Assembly: GCA_023129115.1 (NCBI GenBank)
Contig: JAGMCR010000011.1
Span: forward strand, 1-64,000
From: Candidatus Iainarchaeum sp.
GTDB lineage: Archaea > B1Sed10-29 > WALL01
Direction: 5' to 3'
DNA: 64,000 nt
Of the stretch, positions 63,797-64,000 are shown in pieces (positions within the stretch are counted from its first letter, which is position 1; each line of letters begins with the position of its first letter). The notes beneath the pieces are model-generated. The model was given only the letters and a program-made list of their open reading frames with translations. It was not told where the DNA came from and made no database searches. The position numbers and the translations under genes were made by a program.

Positions 63797-64000
63797 ATGG
63801 ATAGGGCGTCCGCTGTGTTCATCGCGTTCCTCCTAATGTTCTCGCTGCTCACGCCATACACTGTGATGGCGCAGGAGAACGGCGGCGAAGAAGTGCCGGT
63901 GGCAGTGGTCATCCCTGCGAACGCGACTGGCTTCTGCCCGATTGGCCAGGCGCTTGAGGTCGTGAGCCTCGACTACCGCCAGGCCACTGCGCTGCAGGGC
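63797..64000 (+). CDS. Secreted protein, truncated by the window end
   Basis: MDRASAVFIAFLLMFSLLTPYTVMA signal peptide; TTTATATA upstream; open to the end of the window. Confidence 0.65.
   Translation, partial: MDRASAVFIAFLLMFSLLTPYTVMAQENGGEEVPVAVVIPANATGFCPIGQALEVVSLDYRQATALQG

Overview
Archaeal chromosomal window. The gene content suggests a DPANN-like lineage such as Micrarchaeota or Diapherotrites, which is an inference: type II Met aminopeptidase, archaeal PolB, class III signal-peptide pilins, an archaeosortase-family protein and TATA-like boxes. The left part holds map, an intein-containing polB, a degenerate HerA-like ATPase, and an MNT-HEPN module whose HEPN gene is cleanly split by a solo-TnpB (IS200/IS605-family) element. 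An orphan with ADP-ribosyltransferase-like motifs follows. From about 13 kb to 63 kb lies one large cell-surface locus: eight small membrane proteins, four tandem giant (2466-2862 aa) membrane-anchored paralogs plus a 131-aa mini-paralog, a large pilin-like protein, an archaeosortase-family gene, and a divergent type IV/Tad-like pilus operon. Panacea-RelE and PIN/RHH toxin-antitoxin pairs sit within or beside the pilus operon. Most notable observations: (1) the giant-protein/pilus/sortase/small-membrane-protein system, with shared N-terminal and central CD[AS]EQ domains and unrelated C-terminal tips; (2) a four-copy intergenic imperfect hairpin repeat with a conserved stem, a variable loop and, at two copies, duplicated gene 3' ends; (3) a C CCU UUA -1 frameshift candidate that would extend one giant protein with a lectin-like domain. 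All calls come from reading motifs by eye; no searches were run.
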